NCBI GenBank assembly: GCA_041738615.1
Contig: JBGSPL010000002.1
Span: 10,654 to 74,653, forward strand
Origin: Patescibacteria group bacterium
GTDB taxonomy: Bacteria > Patescibacteriota > CPR2 > UBA1875 > CAIMLA01
Length of the DNA stretch: 64,000 bases
Reading direction: 5' to 3'
Positions 51,671 through 61,128 of the stretch are shown piece after piece. Each line of letters opens with the position of its first letter. The first letter of the stretch is position 1. The notes beneath the pieces are model-generated. The model was given only the letters and a program-made list of their open reading frames with translations, was not told where the DNA came from and ran no database searches. The position numbers and the translations under genes are program-made.

Positions 51671-52171
51671 ATGGCAAGTGATTATTCATTTGATATTACG
51701 TGTGATTTTGACCACCAAGAAATGGCAAACGCCATAGATCAGCTCAGACGCGAAATAGTTGGAAGATTTGACTTCAAAGGCGTACTTGCAGACGTAGAGT
51801 ATTCAGAGAAAGACAACCTGATTACAGTCCATACAGAAAGTGACTATAAACTAGAGGCTATCATCGACATTCTGGAATCTAAGATGGTCAAGCGTGACCT
51901 GAGTTTGAAGATTCTGGATAAGAGTACTGATTTTGAGTTAGCTAGCGGTAGCACAGTACGAAAGAAAATCACTTTGCGCAGCGGGCTGTCTTCGGAGAAT
52001 GCCAAGAAGATTAGCAAACTGATTCGTGATGATTTCCCTAAAGCAAAGCCCGTCATCCAAGGAGATGAAGTCCGTGTGGTTTCAAAGTCCAAGGACGAAT
52101 TGCAGCAAATCATGGACTTGCTGAGGGGTGCCGAACTAGAGATGCCACTACAATTTGGTAACTACAGATAG
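51671..52171 (+). CDS. yajQ: YajQ family nucleotide-binding protein
   Basis: SFDI, RFDFKG, IQGDEVRV, LQFGNYR. Confidence 0.95.
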   Translation: MASDYSFDITCDFDHQEMANAIDQLRREIVGRFDFKGVLADVEYSEKDNLITVHTESDYKLEAIIDILESKMVKRDLSLKILDKSTDFELASGSTVRKKITLRSGLSSENAKKISKLIRDDFPKAKPVIQGDEVRVVSKSKDELQQIMDLLRGAELEMPLQFGNYR

Positions 52172-52178
52172 CACTAGC

Positions 52179-53399
52179 ATGTATGACTTAGTTGTAATCG
52201 GTGGTGGTGCGGCTGGGATGATGGGTGCAATTGCTGCGGCCGAAAACGGCGGACGCGTTCTTTTGATAGAGAAAAATGCCAACTTGGGGAAGAAGGTTCT
52301 TGCTACAGGCAATGGTCGTTGCAATATTTCCAACCGTAATATTAACGAAAAAAGATACCATGGCAGCGTAAGTCGCCTTTTTAATGACGTATATTCAAAA
52401 TTGGATATTGATCAAACGGAGAAGTTTTTCGGTTCTCTCGGAGTCGAACTCAAGGAAGAGAACAACGGCAGGCTTTTCCCTACTACCGACAAGGCATCAA
52501 CTGTTGTGGAGGCAATGCGTCTTCGCCTAGAGGCCCTAGATGTAAAAGTATGCTCTGGTTTTGCAGTCAAAGACATTACACATGAGGGGTCATGGAAAAC
52601 AGTGCTTGCTGACGGCAAGGAAATAATGTCTCGAGCGTTGCTTCTAGCGACTGGGGGTAAGGCAGCTCACACCCTAGGCTCTAGCGGAGATGGCTTGTTT
52701 TGGGCGATGAAGCTAGGGCATAAACCAACTCCAATTTTTGCGGCCCTAGTTGCGATGGAAACCGAGGAAGAATTCGTCAAGAATGTTATGGGGGTCAAAC
52801 TGGGCGTCATTGCCTCCTCTTTTGTCGATGGCGTAGAGCGCAGATCACAAAAAGGCGATATGCTCTTTACACATTACGGTGTTTCGGGACCTGCGGTAAT
52901 GGGCTTGGCAGGATCTCTGTCTCCCTACATTGGGGAAGCAAAGACCACCCTTACGATAAATTTACTCCCAGAATACGACACGCGATATCTAGACAGCTTT
53001 TTGCAGCAAAGCTTTGCTAACTCACCCAAGAAGCAGCTCGGGAGCATTCTTTCTGAGCTTTTGCCCTTGAAACTGGCAAAAGAGTGCGTTTCGTTGTTGC
53101 GACTCGCAGAAAGGAATGTTTCAGAGATATCAAAAACGGAACGTAAAAGCATTGTGGATTTACTACAGCATTTTCCACTTACAGTACGAAAGGTGAGGCC
53201 GCTAAAAGAGGCTCAGGTGACATCAGGAGGGATACCAGTAGACGAAGTTACGGCTCAGCTTGAATCAAGGGTTCACTCTGGCTTGTATTTCGCAGGTGAA
53301 ATCCTGGACATCGATGGAGATTCGGGTGGATATAATTTACAGTGGGCTTGGTCTAGCGGTTATATTGCTGGGAAAGCCGCAATAGAGGAGATGAGATGA
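52179..53399 (+). CDS. HI0933/BaiN-family NAD(P)/FAD oxidoreductase
   Basis: IGGGAAG, TGNGRCN, GGYNLQWAWSSG. Confidence 0.93.
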   Translation: MYDLVVIGGGAAGMMGAIAAAENGGRVLLIEKNANLGKKVLATGNGRCNISNRNINEKRYHGSVSRLFNDVYSKLDIDQTEKFFGSLGVELKEENNGRLFPTTDKASTVVEAMRLRLEALDVKVCSGFAVKDITHEGSWKTVLADGKEIMSRALLLATGGKAAHTLGSSGDGLFWAMKLGHKPTPIFAALVAMETEEEFVKNVMGVKLGVIASSFVDGVERRSQKGDMLFTHYGVSGPAVMGLAGSLSPYIGEAKTTLTINLLPEYDTRYLDSFLQQSFANSPKKQLGSILSELLPLKLAKECVSLLRLAERNVSEISKTERKSIVDLLQHFPLTVRKVRPLKEAQVTSGGIPVDEVTAQLESRVHSGLYFAGEILDIDGDSGGYNLQWAWSSGYIAGKAAIEEMR

Positions 53400-54070
53400 G
53401 AGTCTGGCTAGAAAAACGAACCAATATGTTACTGGTTACCATGATTTACATACTTATACTGATTCAGTACCCAGCAGGAATTGCGATTACTCAACTCATT
53501 TTGCACAAAAACCTCACAGCGGCTATGGAGCCAAGTTATCTGTTACTATGGGGTCTAACAAGAATCGTTGTGGTCCTACCTTTGATATTTGTTTTAATGC
53601 AGCGTCTCTCTTGGGACAACAACAACATATTTATGCGCTTTGGGGACTACAAGAAAGTAACGGCGATTACATTTTGGTTGACCTTTGGGTTTATGCTGCT
53701 TGGTCTCGGCCTGTATCCTTGGTTTCTCCATTCAACAAACTTGAACCCCATCTTGCTCTTAGAGTACTTGCCGGTATTTTTACTTTATGCTATTTCAAAT
53801 GCTTTCGTAGAGGAAACATTTTTTCGGGGAATAATGCAAAATTACTTTTCCTTAAAGTTGCCGATTTCTTTTGCAATTATTGTCCAGGCGATTCTTTTTG
53901 CCGGTATTCACTTCTATAGTCCTATGAGTAGTAATCTTCTTCTGTTCGTGGGCCTGACCCTGGTACTAGGTCTCATTTGGGGCTACCTCACCAACAAATA
54001 TAGAAGCTTATTGCCCGCGATTGTTTTGCATGTAGTTGCAGATATATTTGTCGCTGTCAGCCTGTTTTAA
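53396..54070 (+). CDS. CPBP (CAAX/Abi) intramembrane protease
   Basis: EETFFRG, FAGIH, LH motifs. Confidence 0.88.
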   Translation: MRVWLEKRTNMLLVTMIYILILIQYPAGIAITQLILHKNLTAAMEPSYLLLWGLTRIVVVLPLIFVLMQRLSWDNNNIFMRFGDYKKVTAITFWLTFGFMLLGLGLYPWFLHSTNLNPILLLEYLPVFLLYAISNAFVEETFFRGIMQNYFSLKLPISFAIIVQAILFAGIHFYSPMSSNLLLFVGLTLVLGLIWGYLTNKYRSLLPAIVLHVVADIFVAVSLF

Positions 54071-54096
54071 GCACGGAATCGTGCTATAATTGACCA

Positions 54097-54939
54097 ATGG
54101 CGACTCTAAAAGAACAAGTGCATCATCAGCTGCCACAACTTTCAAAGGCAGATCTCCACATCCACAGCAACTTTTCTGACGGTATTCCTACAGTCGAGGA
54201 AATTTTAGAGTACGTAGAAAATGAGACTGACCTCGCAGTAATTGCCATCACCGATCACGATACTATAGATGGTGCCCTGCTTGCGAAGAAACTGATGAAG
54301 GGTAAGAATTACCGTTTTGATTTGATGATTGGGGAAGAGGTATCGGCCAAAGAAGGGCATATCCTCGCTTTAGATATCCAGGAACGCATCTCCCCGAATC
54401 AGAGTGCTCATGAGACACTAAAGGAGATTCATGCCCAAGGAGGGATAGCTATCGCTGCACATCCGCTCTATGTATCTCGGATGAATCACCGACTACCGAC
54501 ACCAGTCAATGGAGTCGGCGCAAAAGAGCTGTTGCACGACAAGCTGCATTTTGATGGAATTGAAACAGTGAATGCCACACCAATGATGGGTGAGGAAAAT
54601 CTGCGTGCCAAGTATCTTAATCGGCTGCTCCTTTTTCGCACCGAGACTGGATCCAGTGACGCTCACATCCTGGATGCTATCGGCAAGGGATACACTCTTT
54701 TTGAAGGGCATTCCGCCAGGGACCTACGCGAAGCTATTCTTACTTTCCAAACTCAGTCTATGAATGACAAGTGGAATCTTCTCGGTGTGCTAAAATATGG
54801 TTTCTTCTTTTTACCGATGGGTTTTCGCACGACGTTCCACACTTTAGTATTTGGACCGAGCAGAACAAGCCCAGATATTATCAAATTTCCAAATCGCTTC
54901 AGATTGAAGAAAGAATTGTCAGGAGAACAGGATGAATAA
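54097..54939 (+). CDS. PHP-domain phosphoesterase
   Basis: DLHIHSNFSDG, ITDHD, GSSDAH. Confidence 0.9.
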   Translation: MATLKEQVHHQLPQLSKADLHIHSNFSDGIPTVEEILEYVENETDLAVIAITDHDTIDGALLAKKLMKGKNYRFDLMIGEEVSAKEGHILALDIQERISPNQSAHETLKEIHAQGGIAIAAHPLYVSRMNHRLPTPVNGVGAKELLHDKLHFDGIETVNATPMMGEENLRAKYLNRLLLFRTETGSSDAHILDAIGKGYTLFEGHSARDLREAILTFQTQSMNDKWNLLGVLKYGFFFLPMGFRTTFHTLVFGPSRTSPDIIKFPNRFRLKKELSGEQDE

Positions 54940-55477
54940 GAGATTGCTAGTGGTACTACCACATGATAACTTTCGGGACAAAGAATACGGTTGGCTCATA
55001 GAGCGGCTGGCGGCAGCTGGAATCGGATACACAGTAGTGTCCAGCCATCTGACGGCGGCGAAAGGACGTTTTGGAGAGGTTGTCATGCCTGATTTGCTAC
55101 TCCGAGAAGCTATTCTAGAGGGGTACGAGGGGATTGTCTTTATCGGTGAGGAAAGCGCCCAAGAGTTTGTTGGGCTTCACGAAGTCACGAAAATTTTGGA
55201 GTATGCCAGAGGGCATAACAAAATGGTAGCAGCGATAGGTCACGCAGTTTCGGTATTGCTCGATAACCACCTGGTCGCAGGGATTAAGCTTACCGGTCCA
55301 GCCCAGCTGAAAGTGAAGATAGAGGAGGCGGGGGCATTTTATAGGGGCAAACTGGTTGAGGTTGATCACAACGTTATCACTGCAGATGGCTCTCACGCTG
55401 TAAGAGAGTTTGCCGAAGAAATCATCCGATGGGTTCACGACGAGAAAAACATAGAGGGTAGAAAGTTTTTGAGATAA
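54932..55477 (+). CDS. DJ-1/PfpI family protein without the catalytic Cys
   Basis: FRDKE, VEVDHNVITADG; AAIGH replaces AAIC. Confidence 0.8.
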   Translation: MNKRLLVVLPHDNFRDKEYGWLIERLAAAGIGYTVVSSHLTAAKGRFGEVVMPDLLLREAILEGYEGIVFIGEESAQEFVGLHEVTKILEYARGHNKMVAAIGHAVSVLLDNHLVAGIKLTGPAQLKVKIEEAGAFYRGKLVEVDHNVITADGSHAVREFAEEIIRWVHDEKNIEGRKFLR

Positions 55478-55478
55478 A

Positions 55479-56333
55479 ATGCCAGAACTACCAGAAGTAG
55501 AAACTATAGCAAGACAGCTCAACGCAAAGCTGGCAGGCCAAATAATTACCGATATCGAGGTCCTAAATGAAGGCTCATTTGTGGGTGTTGCTCAAAACAT
55601 CATAGGCGATAAAGTCCTGAGCGTTACTAGAAGGGCAAAAACCCTAGTATTCGCTTTGGAGAGGGGTCTAAATTTGCTTGTTCATCTCAAGATGACCGGC
55701 CAGCTCATATACCAGGAAGAGGAAATGAGAGTAGCGGGGGGACATCCTTCACACGATTTCCATGCTGATCTGCCGAACAAACACACGCGCGTAATCCTGT
55801 ACTTCGATGATAAGGAGCTCTTCTTTAACGACCTCAGAAAGTTTGGTTGGATCAAGGTAGTCACAAACGCACAGTCAGATCAATATTTCTCTACCTATGG
55901 CCCAGACGCAATCCCGAAGATAGACAAGGAGTATTTCCTAACTAGGGCAAAGCGCATGGGGAAATCTAGCATCAAGAGGTTTATTCTTGACCAAGGGGTA
56001 GTGTCGGGAGTTGGGAATATTTATGCGGACGAAGTGCTTTATGAAGCTAGCATACATCCGATGACTTTGGTCTCCAAGATTTCTACAGAAAAGATGATCA
56101 ATCTTGCCGATCTGATTTCGGAGAAACTGGAGTTTGCTATAGAAAAAGGCGGGACCACAGACAACGATTACGTAAATGCCTACGGAGAAAAAGGGGGCAT
56201 GCAGGGCTACCTCAATGTTTACCATCGCACTGGCGAGCCGTGTCCTAGAAATTGCGGGGGTACCGTTACACGTATAAAAGTTGCTGGGCGTGGTACACAT
56301 TTTTGCCCAGTGTGCCAGAAGGAGGCCCGGTGA
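55479..56333 (+). CDS. mutM: Formamidopyrimidine-DNA glycosylase
   Basis: MPELPEVET, HLKMTG, GVGNIYADE, C-terminal zinc finger. Confidence 0.97.
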   Translation: MPELPEVETIARQLNAKLAGQIITDIEVLNEGSFVGVAQNIIGDKVLSVTRRAKTLVFALERGLNLLVHLKMTGQLIYQEEEMRVAGGHPSHDFHADLPNKHTRVILYFDDKELFFNDLRKFGWIKVVTNAQSDQYFSTYGPDAIPKIDKEYFLTRAKRMGKSSIKRFILDQGVVSGVGNIYADEVLYEASIHPMTLVSKISTEKMINLADLISEKLEFAIEKGGTTDNDYVNAYGEKGGMQGYLNVYHRTGEPCPRNCGGTVTRIKVAGRGTHFCPVCQKEAR

Positions 56334-57262
56334 TATATCTTCTGTTTGGCCCGGATAAAGCACGCTTGCAAAACCGCATCAAGAAAATCAAGGAAGAAGC
56401 TGGAGTCACCGACGATGGTATTAACTATCGCGAGATTTCCGCAGATTTTGACGCATCCGCAATAATCAGTGAGTGCTCGGCAATGCCTTTTTTGGCAGAG
56501 AAAAGGGTGGTTCTGCTGCGGGGCTTACTAGCTAGCAAAAACAAAGAGCTTCTCACAAAGATAGCGGAGTGGCTGCCTGCAGTGCCACTGGAGACAGAAT
56601 TGGTGCTCGTAGAGAACGAAGCGCCAGATCAGAGGCTCGTAATTACTAAGACCTTACACAAGGTCGGTAAAGTAGAGCTCTTCGCAAATATGACGCCTGT
56701 AGAGGCCGTAAGGAATATTGAAAATCAGGTTGCAAAGGCCGGGGGTAGTATCGATAAAGCAACCGCTACTTTACTGCAAATGTATCTGGGTACAGATTCA
56801 CTAAGGGTCAACAATGAGGTGAATAAACTGGTGGCCTATGACAAGAAAGTGACTCGGGAGAATGTGGAGCTGTTGGTTAATGCGGGCTACTTTAATACAA
56901 TATTTGACCTTACGGATGCGATTGCCACAAGAAATACAAAGAAGGCTTTGCATAATTTGGAGAAAATTCTTGAAGGCGGTGAGAGCGAAGTATACCTAGT
57001 CTCTATGATTGCGATGCAAGTGCGGAACTTGCTGATTATTCAGGACCTGAAATCACATGGTCTTTCGGAGTCGGAGATGGTTTCGAGAAGTAAGCTTCAC
57101 CCATTTGTTGTAAAGAAGTGCCTAGGGCAGACCCGTAACTTCACCGAGGAGCAGCTAGTATCGATGCACAAGGGGCTTCTCGACTTGGATATAGCACTCA
57201 AGAGTGGCGTTGCCGACCCCAAGACACTCCTCACTAAGTATATATTGGACTCTATAATCTAA
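56330..57262 (+). CDS. holA: DNA polymerase III delta subunit
   Basis: IYLLFG, MPFLAEKRVV, IFDLTDA, HPFVVKK, DIALKSG; GGAGG RBS before GTG 56330. Confidence 0.92.
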   Translation: MIYLLFGPDKARLQNRIKKIKEEAGVTDDGINYREISADFDASAIISECSAMPFLAEKRVVLLRGLLASKNKELLTKIAEWLPAVPLETELVLVENEAPDQRLVITKTLHKVGKVELFANMTPVEAVRNIENQVAKAGGSIDKATATLLQMYLGTDSLRVNNEVNKLVAYDKKVTRENVELLVNAGYFNTIFDLTDAIATRNTKKALHNLEKILEGGESEVYLVSMIAMQVRNLLIIQDLKSHGLSESEMVSRSKLHPFVVKKCLGQTRNFTEEQLVSMHKGLLDLDIALKSGVADPKTLLTKYILDSII

Positions 57263-57283
57263 AAGACCCCCGAAGGGGTCTTT
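57262..57283. terminator. Bidirectional terminator holA/rpsT
   Basis: AAAGACCCC-CGAA-GGGGTCTTT. Confidence 0.8.
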
Positions 57284-57284
57284 G

Positions 57285-57659
57285 CTATTTCTTGGTTGTT
57301 TTTGCTGTCTTTGCGGCTGGTTTCTTTGCTGCTGCTTTTGCCTTAGGTGTGGCCTTTGCTTTTGGTGTTGTCTTGGAAGAGACAAGCTCTAGAGCTTTGC
57401 CGAGAGACTTGTTAAGAGCAACTACTAGTCTAGATTTCCTGCGAGAAGCTGTGTTCTTGTGAATCACACCCTTTTTAGCGGCCTTATCAATTGCGGAGAT
57501 AGCTTCAGCAGTAATTTTACCGAGATCTTTCTCTCCGGCAGCAACTGCCTTCTTCACTGCTTTTACCTTACCACGAAAATCGGCCTTGGTCGCTTTATTG
57601 CGCTCGTTAGCCTTGCGGTTCTGTTTCATTGCCTTGATGGCGGACTTTGTTACTGGCAT
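57285..57659 (-). CDS. rpsT: 30S ribosomal protein S20 with a Lys/Ala-rich tail
   Basis: MPVTKSAIK, IDKAAKKGVIHKNTASRRKSRL. Confidence 0.96.
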   Translation of the reverse strand: MPVTKSAIKAMKQNRKANERNKATKADFRGKVKAVKKAVAAGEKDLGKITAEAISAIDKAAKKGVIHKNTASRRKSRLVVALNKSLGKALELVSSKTTPKAKATPKAKAAAKKPAAKTAKTTKK

Positions 57660-57875
57660 ATTAGAATCCTTTTGTTTACGCCTAATGATTTTAGCACAGA
57701 GAGGGGAATTTGTAAATAATATGCTGCTAGAATGAATACGACCTGCGTGTTTATCCACAGTGCCAAAAAGGCTTTGCAAGGGCAAAAACAACAACATTTG
57801 GGCTATAAATACCTTGACAATTACCTTGCTTAAGAGTAAAATCGTAAGCACGCCGAAATGCGTAGAGGAGGTAGG

Positions 57876-57944
57876 ATGTTACCATTACTCATGTGGGGAG
57901 CCGCTTTTGCGTTTACCTACAAGGTGCTGAGCATTCAAAGCTAA
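57876..57944 (+). CDS. Putative 22-aa hydrophobic small protein MLPLLMWGAAFAFTYKVLSIQS
   Basis: TTGACA(57814)-17-TAAAAT promoter; GAGGAGG RBS; below the ORF-track cutoff. Confidence 0.55.
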   Translation: MLPLLMWGAAFAFTYKVLSIQS

Positions 57945-57975
57945 AATATAGCGAAAGCACAAAATAAGACCACTG

Positions 57976-58599
57976 CTAGTCAGTGGTCTTATTTATTTCA
58001 AGCAGTTTTGCAAATGTTGCTTTCGCTACTGAATAGCTATAACCTTTACGAGTAAGAAACGATATCACTCTGGAGTAGTTTTCGTCTCGGGTTGCTGTTA
58101 TTTTGTATTTCTTAGAGCCTAGCACAAGCGCAGCTGATTGCTGTCTCGCTGGTTCTATTTGTGCTAGTAAGTTTTCAATGATCCCTTTATCGATACCTTT
58201 TAGCTTTAGCTCCTGGCTGAGAAGCCGGACACCCCGTGTTCCGCTACGTTCCCGTACCCACATCTGAGCGAATTCCTGATCGTTCGCATACCCCAGCTCG
58301 CGTAAACGGTCTAGACAACGACCGATGAGCGGTTTGTCATACTTCTTACCCAGTTTCTGCCAATACTCGCGCTCTGATTGCATCCTACGAGATGCTAGGC
58401 CCAATGCTGAATTCATACATTTTTGATACTCGTCCTCGCTGTCTATACTTGAAATTTCAAGGGCAGTTACTTCTTTGCCCTCATAGAGGCCTAATCTTGC
58501 TGCCGTCCCGACATCGAGACCAGAGTGAAAGACCCTATCTACGTATAGATTGAGTCTTTCTTTATTCTTTCTTTGCGGTTCGAGTGAAGTTACCTTCAT
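57976..58599 (-). CDS. recX: Regulatory protein RecX
   Basis: Follows recA; LRELGYANDQEFA, ELKLKGI, LTRKGYS. Confidence 0.9.
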   Translation of the reverse strand: MKVTSLEPQRKNKERLNLYVDRVFHSGLDVGTAARLGLYEGKEVTALEISSIDSEDEYQKCMNSALGLASRRMQSEREYWQKLGKKYDKPLIGRCLDRLRELGYANDQEFAQMWVRERSGTRGVRLLSQELKLKGIDKGIIENLLAQIEPARQQSAALVLGSKKYKITATRDENYSRVISFLTRKGYSYSVAKATFAKLLEINKTTD

Positions 58600-58604
58600 G
58601 GCGC

Positions 58605-59627
58605 TTACTTTGCAGCTATAGCGGCTTCGCGTACCTGTTTTTCTATTTCACCCGCGAGCTTAGGATTGTCGCGAAGGAATTGCTTACTTGCCTCCCGACC
58701 TTGCCCGATTTTTTCTTCCTTGTAGTCGTACCAGGCGCCAGCTTTGCCTACGATGCCATACTTTACCCCTAGGTCGATGATTTCCCCAACCTTAGAAATA
58801 CCTTCGTTGTACATGATATCAAATTCTGCGGTTCGGAATGGAGGCGCTACCTTGTTTTTTACAACCTTTACTTTCACGCGGTTGCCGATAATGTTATCGC
58901 CGTCTTTGAGCTGCTCACTACGGCGAATATCCATACGTACTGAGGAGAAAAACTTGAGCGCCTGACCTCCAGAAGTAGTCTCTGGGTTACCAAACATCAC
59001 ACCAATCTTCATACGAATCTGGTTGATAAAGATAACTACGGTGTTGGACTTGGAGATAGCTCCTGTCATCTTGCGTAATGCCTGAGACATAAGTCTGGCT
59101 TGGAGACCCATATGCGAGTCACCCATATCGCCTTCGATCTCAGCTCGTGGTACCAGTGCTGCGACAGAGTCTATTACAAGCACATCAATCGAGTTGGAGC
59201 GCACTAGTGTCTCCGCAATTTCTAGAGCTTGCTCGCCAGTATCTGGCTGAGAGATGAGAAGTTTATCAATGTCCACTCCGATATTCTTGGCATACTCCGG
59301 ATCTAGGGCATGCTCGGCATCGATAAAGGCGGCGATTCCACCATTCCTCTGTGCCTGAGCCACAACGTGGTAAGCAAGAGTAGTCTTACCAGATGATTCT
59401 GGCCCATAGATCTCGATTATACGCCCCTTGGGAACGCCGCCACCCAGGGCTAAGTCCAGTGATAGCGAACCTGTAGAGACGGTCTCTACGTGACACCTGT
59501 TGGCCTCTCCAAGCTTCATGATGGCACCTTTACCAAACTGTTTCTCGATAGCATCAACAGCGGTTTGTATGTCTTCTATTCTATGATCAGGGGTTACTGC
59601 TACTTTGTCTTCTTTTTTAGCGGTCAT
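58605..59627 (-). CDS. recA: Recombinase A
   Basis: [27 protein letters not shown]. Confidence 0.99.
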   Translation of the reverse strand: MTAKKEDKVAVTPDHRIEDIQTAVDAIEKQFGKGAIMKLGEANRCHVETVSTGSLSLDLALGGGVPKGRIIEIYGPESSGKTTLAYHVVAQAQRNGGIAAFIDAEHALDPEYAKNIGVDIDKLLISQPDTGEQALEIAETLVRSNSIDVLVIDSVAALVPRAEIEGDMGDSHMGLQARLMSQALRKMTGAISKSNTVVIFINQIRMKIGVMFGNPETTSGGQALKFFSSVRMDIRRSEQLKDGDNIIGNRVKVKVVKNKVAPPFRTAEFDIMYNEGISKVGEIIDLGVKYGIVGKAGAWYDYKEEKIGQGREASKQFLRDNPKLAGEIEKQVREAAIAAK

Positions 59628-59648
59628 TACGTATTCCTCCAGTATTTA

Positions 59649-60281
59649 CTAAAAGTTATTCTTTACAACGCCAATGACCTTGCCCTGGATCATGAAGGTA
59701 CCAAGATCGGGGATGATGGGGGCATGCATGGGGTTGTCACTCATAGGTTGGAACACGATACGTTTGTGCTCCTTGTCTACGCGATATCTCTTCACGGTGG
59801 CTTCACTTCCTATAAGAACGACGACCTTGTCACCTTCTTCGGCTGTGTCCTGTTTGTGAAAAATGATGTAGTCATCCTCATCAATGCCGGCTAGATTCAT
59901 AGAGTCTCCCACCGCCTTGAGCATAAATACATCGGAGGTGTACTTTACGAAGGCTTTCGGCAATGGAATGATCTCCTCAATCATCTCTTCCGCCCAGATT
60001 GGCATACCGCAAGCGACAGATCCGACTAGAGGGACCTGAACGATATCGTCGTCGCTCTTGATGCCATCACCGGTGTTGAGCATGATGCCGCGGGCCTTGC
60101 CGTCGACCTTAGTGATGTAGCCTTTTGCCTCCAGCGCGTTCAGGTGAGCCACAGCCCCCATAGGCGATGAGCAACCCAGCTTCTCTTGGAGTTCGCGAAC
60201 AGTCGGTGCCTGTCCTGTTTTCTGAACCGAGGTCTCGATCCAGCCGAGTACTTTTTCTTGTTTGTCTGTGAGAGCTTTCAT
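59649..60281 (-). CDS. lexA: SOS repressor LexA
   Basis: LTDKQ..PTVRE HTH, VACG cleavage site, GDSM Ser, ATVK Lys. Confidence 0.95.
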   Translation of the reverse strand: MKALTDKQEKVLGWIETSVQKTGQAPTVRELQEKLGCSSPMGAVAHLNALEAKGYITKVDGKARGIMLNTGDGIKSDDDIVQVPLVGSVACGMPIWAEEMIEEIIPLPKAFVKYTSDVFMLKAVGDSMNLAGIDEDDYIIFHKQDTAEEGDKVVVLIGSEATVKRYRVDKEHKRIVFQPMSDNPMHAPIIPDLGTFMIQGKVIGVVKNNF

Positions 60282-60293
60282 GGCCCCTCCAAT

Positions 60294-60335
60294 TAGTATA
60301 CCAAAAGTGTATACTACCACTTATCCACATGTCAA
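60294..60335 (-). promoter_or_regulatory. lexA promoter with candidate LexA operator and DnaA box
   Basis: TAGTATAC-N7-GTATACTA 60294-60316; TTATCCACA 60321-60329; TTGACA on the minus strand at 60330-60335. Confidence 0.6.
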
Positions 60336-60365
60336 GTACTTTGTATGGTGTACAAAAATAGTATG

Positions 60366-61127
60366 CTATTTTGAGATAGTTAGCATCACGCGACCTTGAT
60401 TCATTTTGCTGGTTTGGGCGTCGATTGCCTGCCACAGGATGGCCCAATCATAATGGTGGTCTGCGCCGTTGCCGACGCCTGCATCATTTGTGATTACTCC
60501 GGTGGCGTCAAAGCCCTTTATCAGAAGCACATGATAGACGCTCACGGGGCCATACATGCTGTTTTGTAAGGAGTGGGTCATCACGGGCACGACTACAGGA
60601 TTGCCACCAGCCAATGCGGTTTTGATGCTAGTTTCGTCTGCTGCCGCTGTCTTGTAGGAAAAGCCGTAGTACTCTTTGTTGAATTTGCCCAGCGCTTCCA
60701 TGGTGAGGTCGGGTTCGCTGCCATAGTGAGCTACCTGCCACGTCTTCATAGTTCGGTAAATAGGGTCGACTGTAGCATCTGGAATCCGGTTGTCGCTATA
60801 TTTGATACCTGCAAGGTGCTCATGGACCATGAAACTGGCTGCTTCTTCGCAGGATTCCTCATGCACTGTCCAGTTGCCAAAGGGTGCCTGTGCCGCGTAG
60901 GGAACAGCTAAGCTCACGGTGGCTGGGAGAACTGCCGGCTTATGTTCCTTGTTAGTTACCTTTAGGGTAGTCTCTTTTGGCTTTGATGCAGTAGTCGATA
61001 TGCGGGCTAGATTTCCTATGTAGTAGCTGTAAAGACCCACAGAGGCACCAGCAAGAAGAATTCCTAGAACAAGCAGTATAGCTACTTGTCTGGGCTGTGA
61101 ACTTTGTTTGGAGGATTTATGTTTCAT
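60366..61127 (-). CDS. C39-like peptidase, membrane-anchored
   Basis: LAVPYAAQAP..ESCEEAA..YHVLLIKGFD..ITND. Confidence 0.85.
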   Translation of the reverse strand: MKHKSSKQSSQPRQVAILLVLGILLAGASVGLYSYYIGNLARISTTASKPKETTLKVTNKEHKPAVLPATVSLAVPYAAQAPFGNWTVHEESCEEAASFMVHEHLAGIKYSDNRIPDATVDPIYRTMKTWQVAHYGSEPDLTMEALGKFNKEYYGFSYKTAAADETSIKTALAGGNPVVVPVMTHSLQNSMYGPVSVYHVLLIKGFDATGVITNDAGVGNGADHHYDWAILWQAIDAQTSKMNQGRVMLTISK

Positions 61128-61128
61128 G

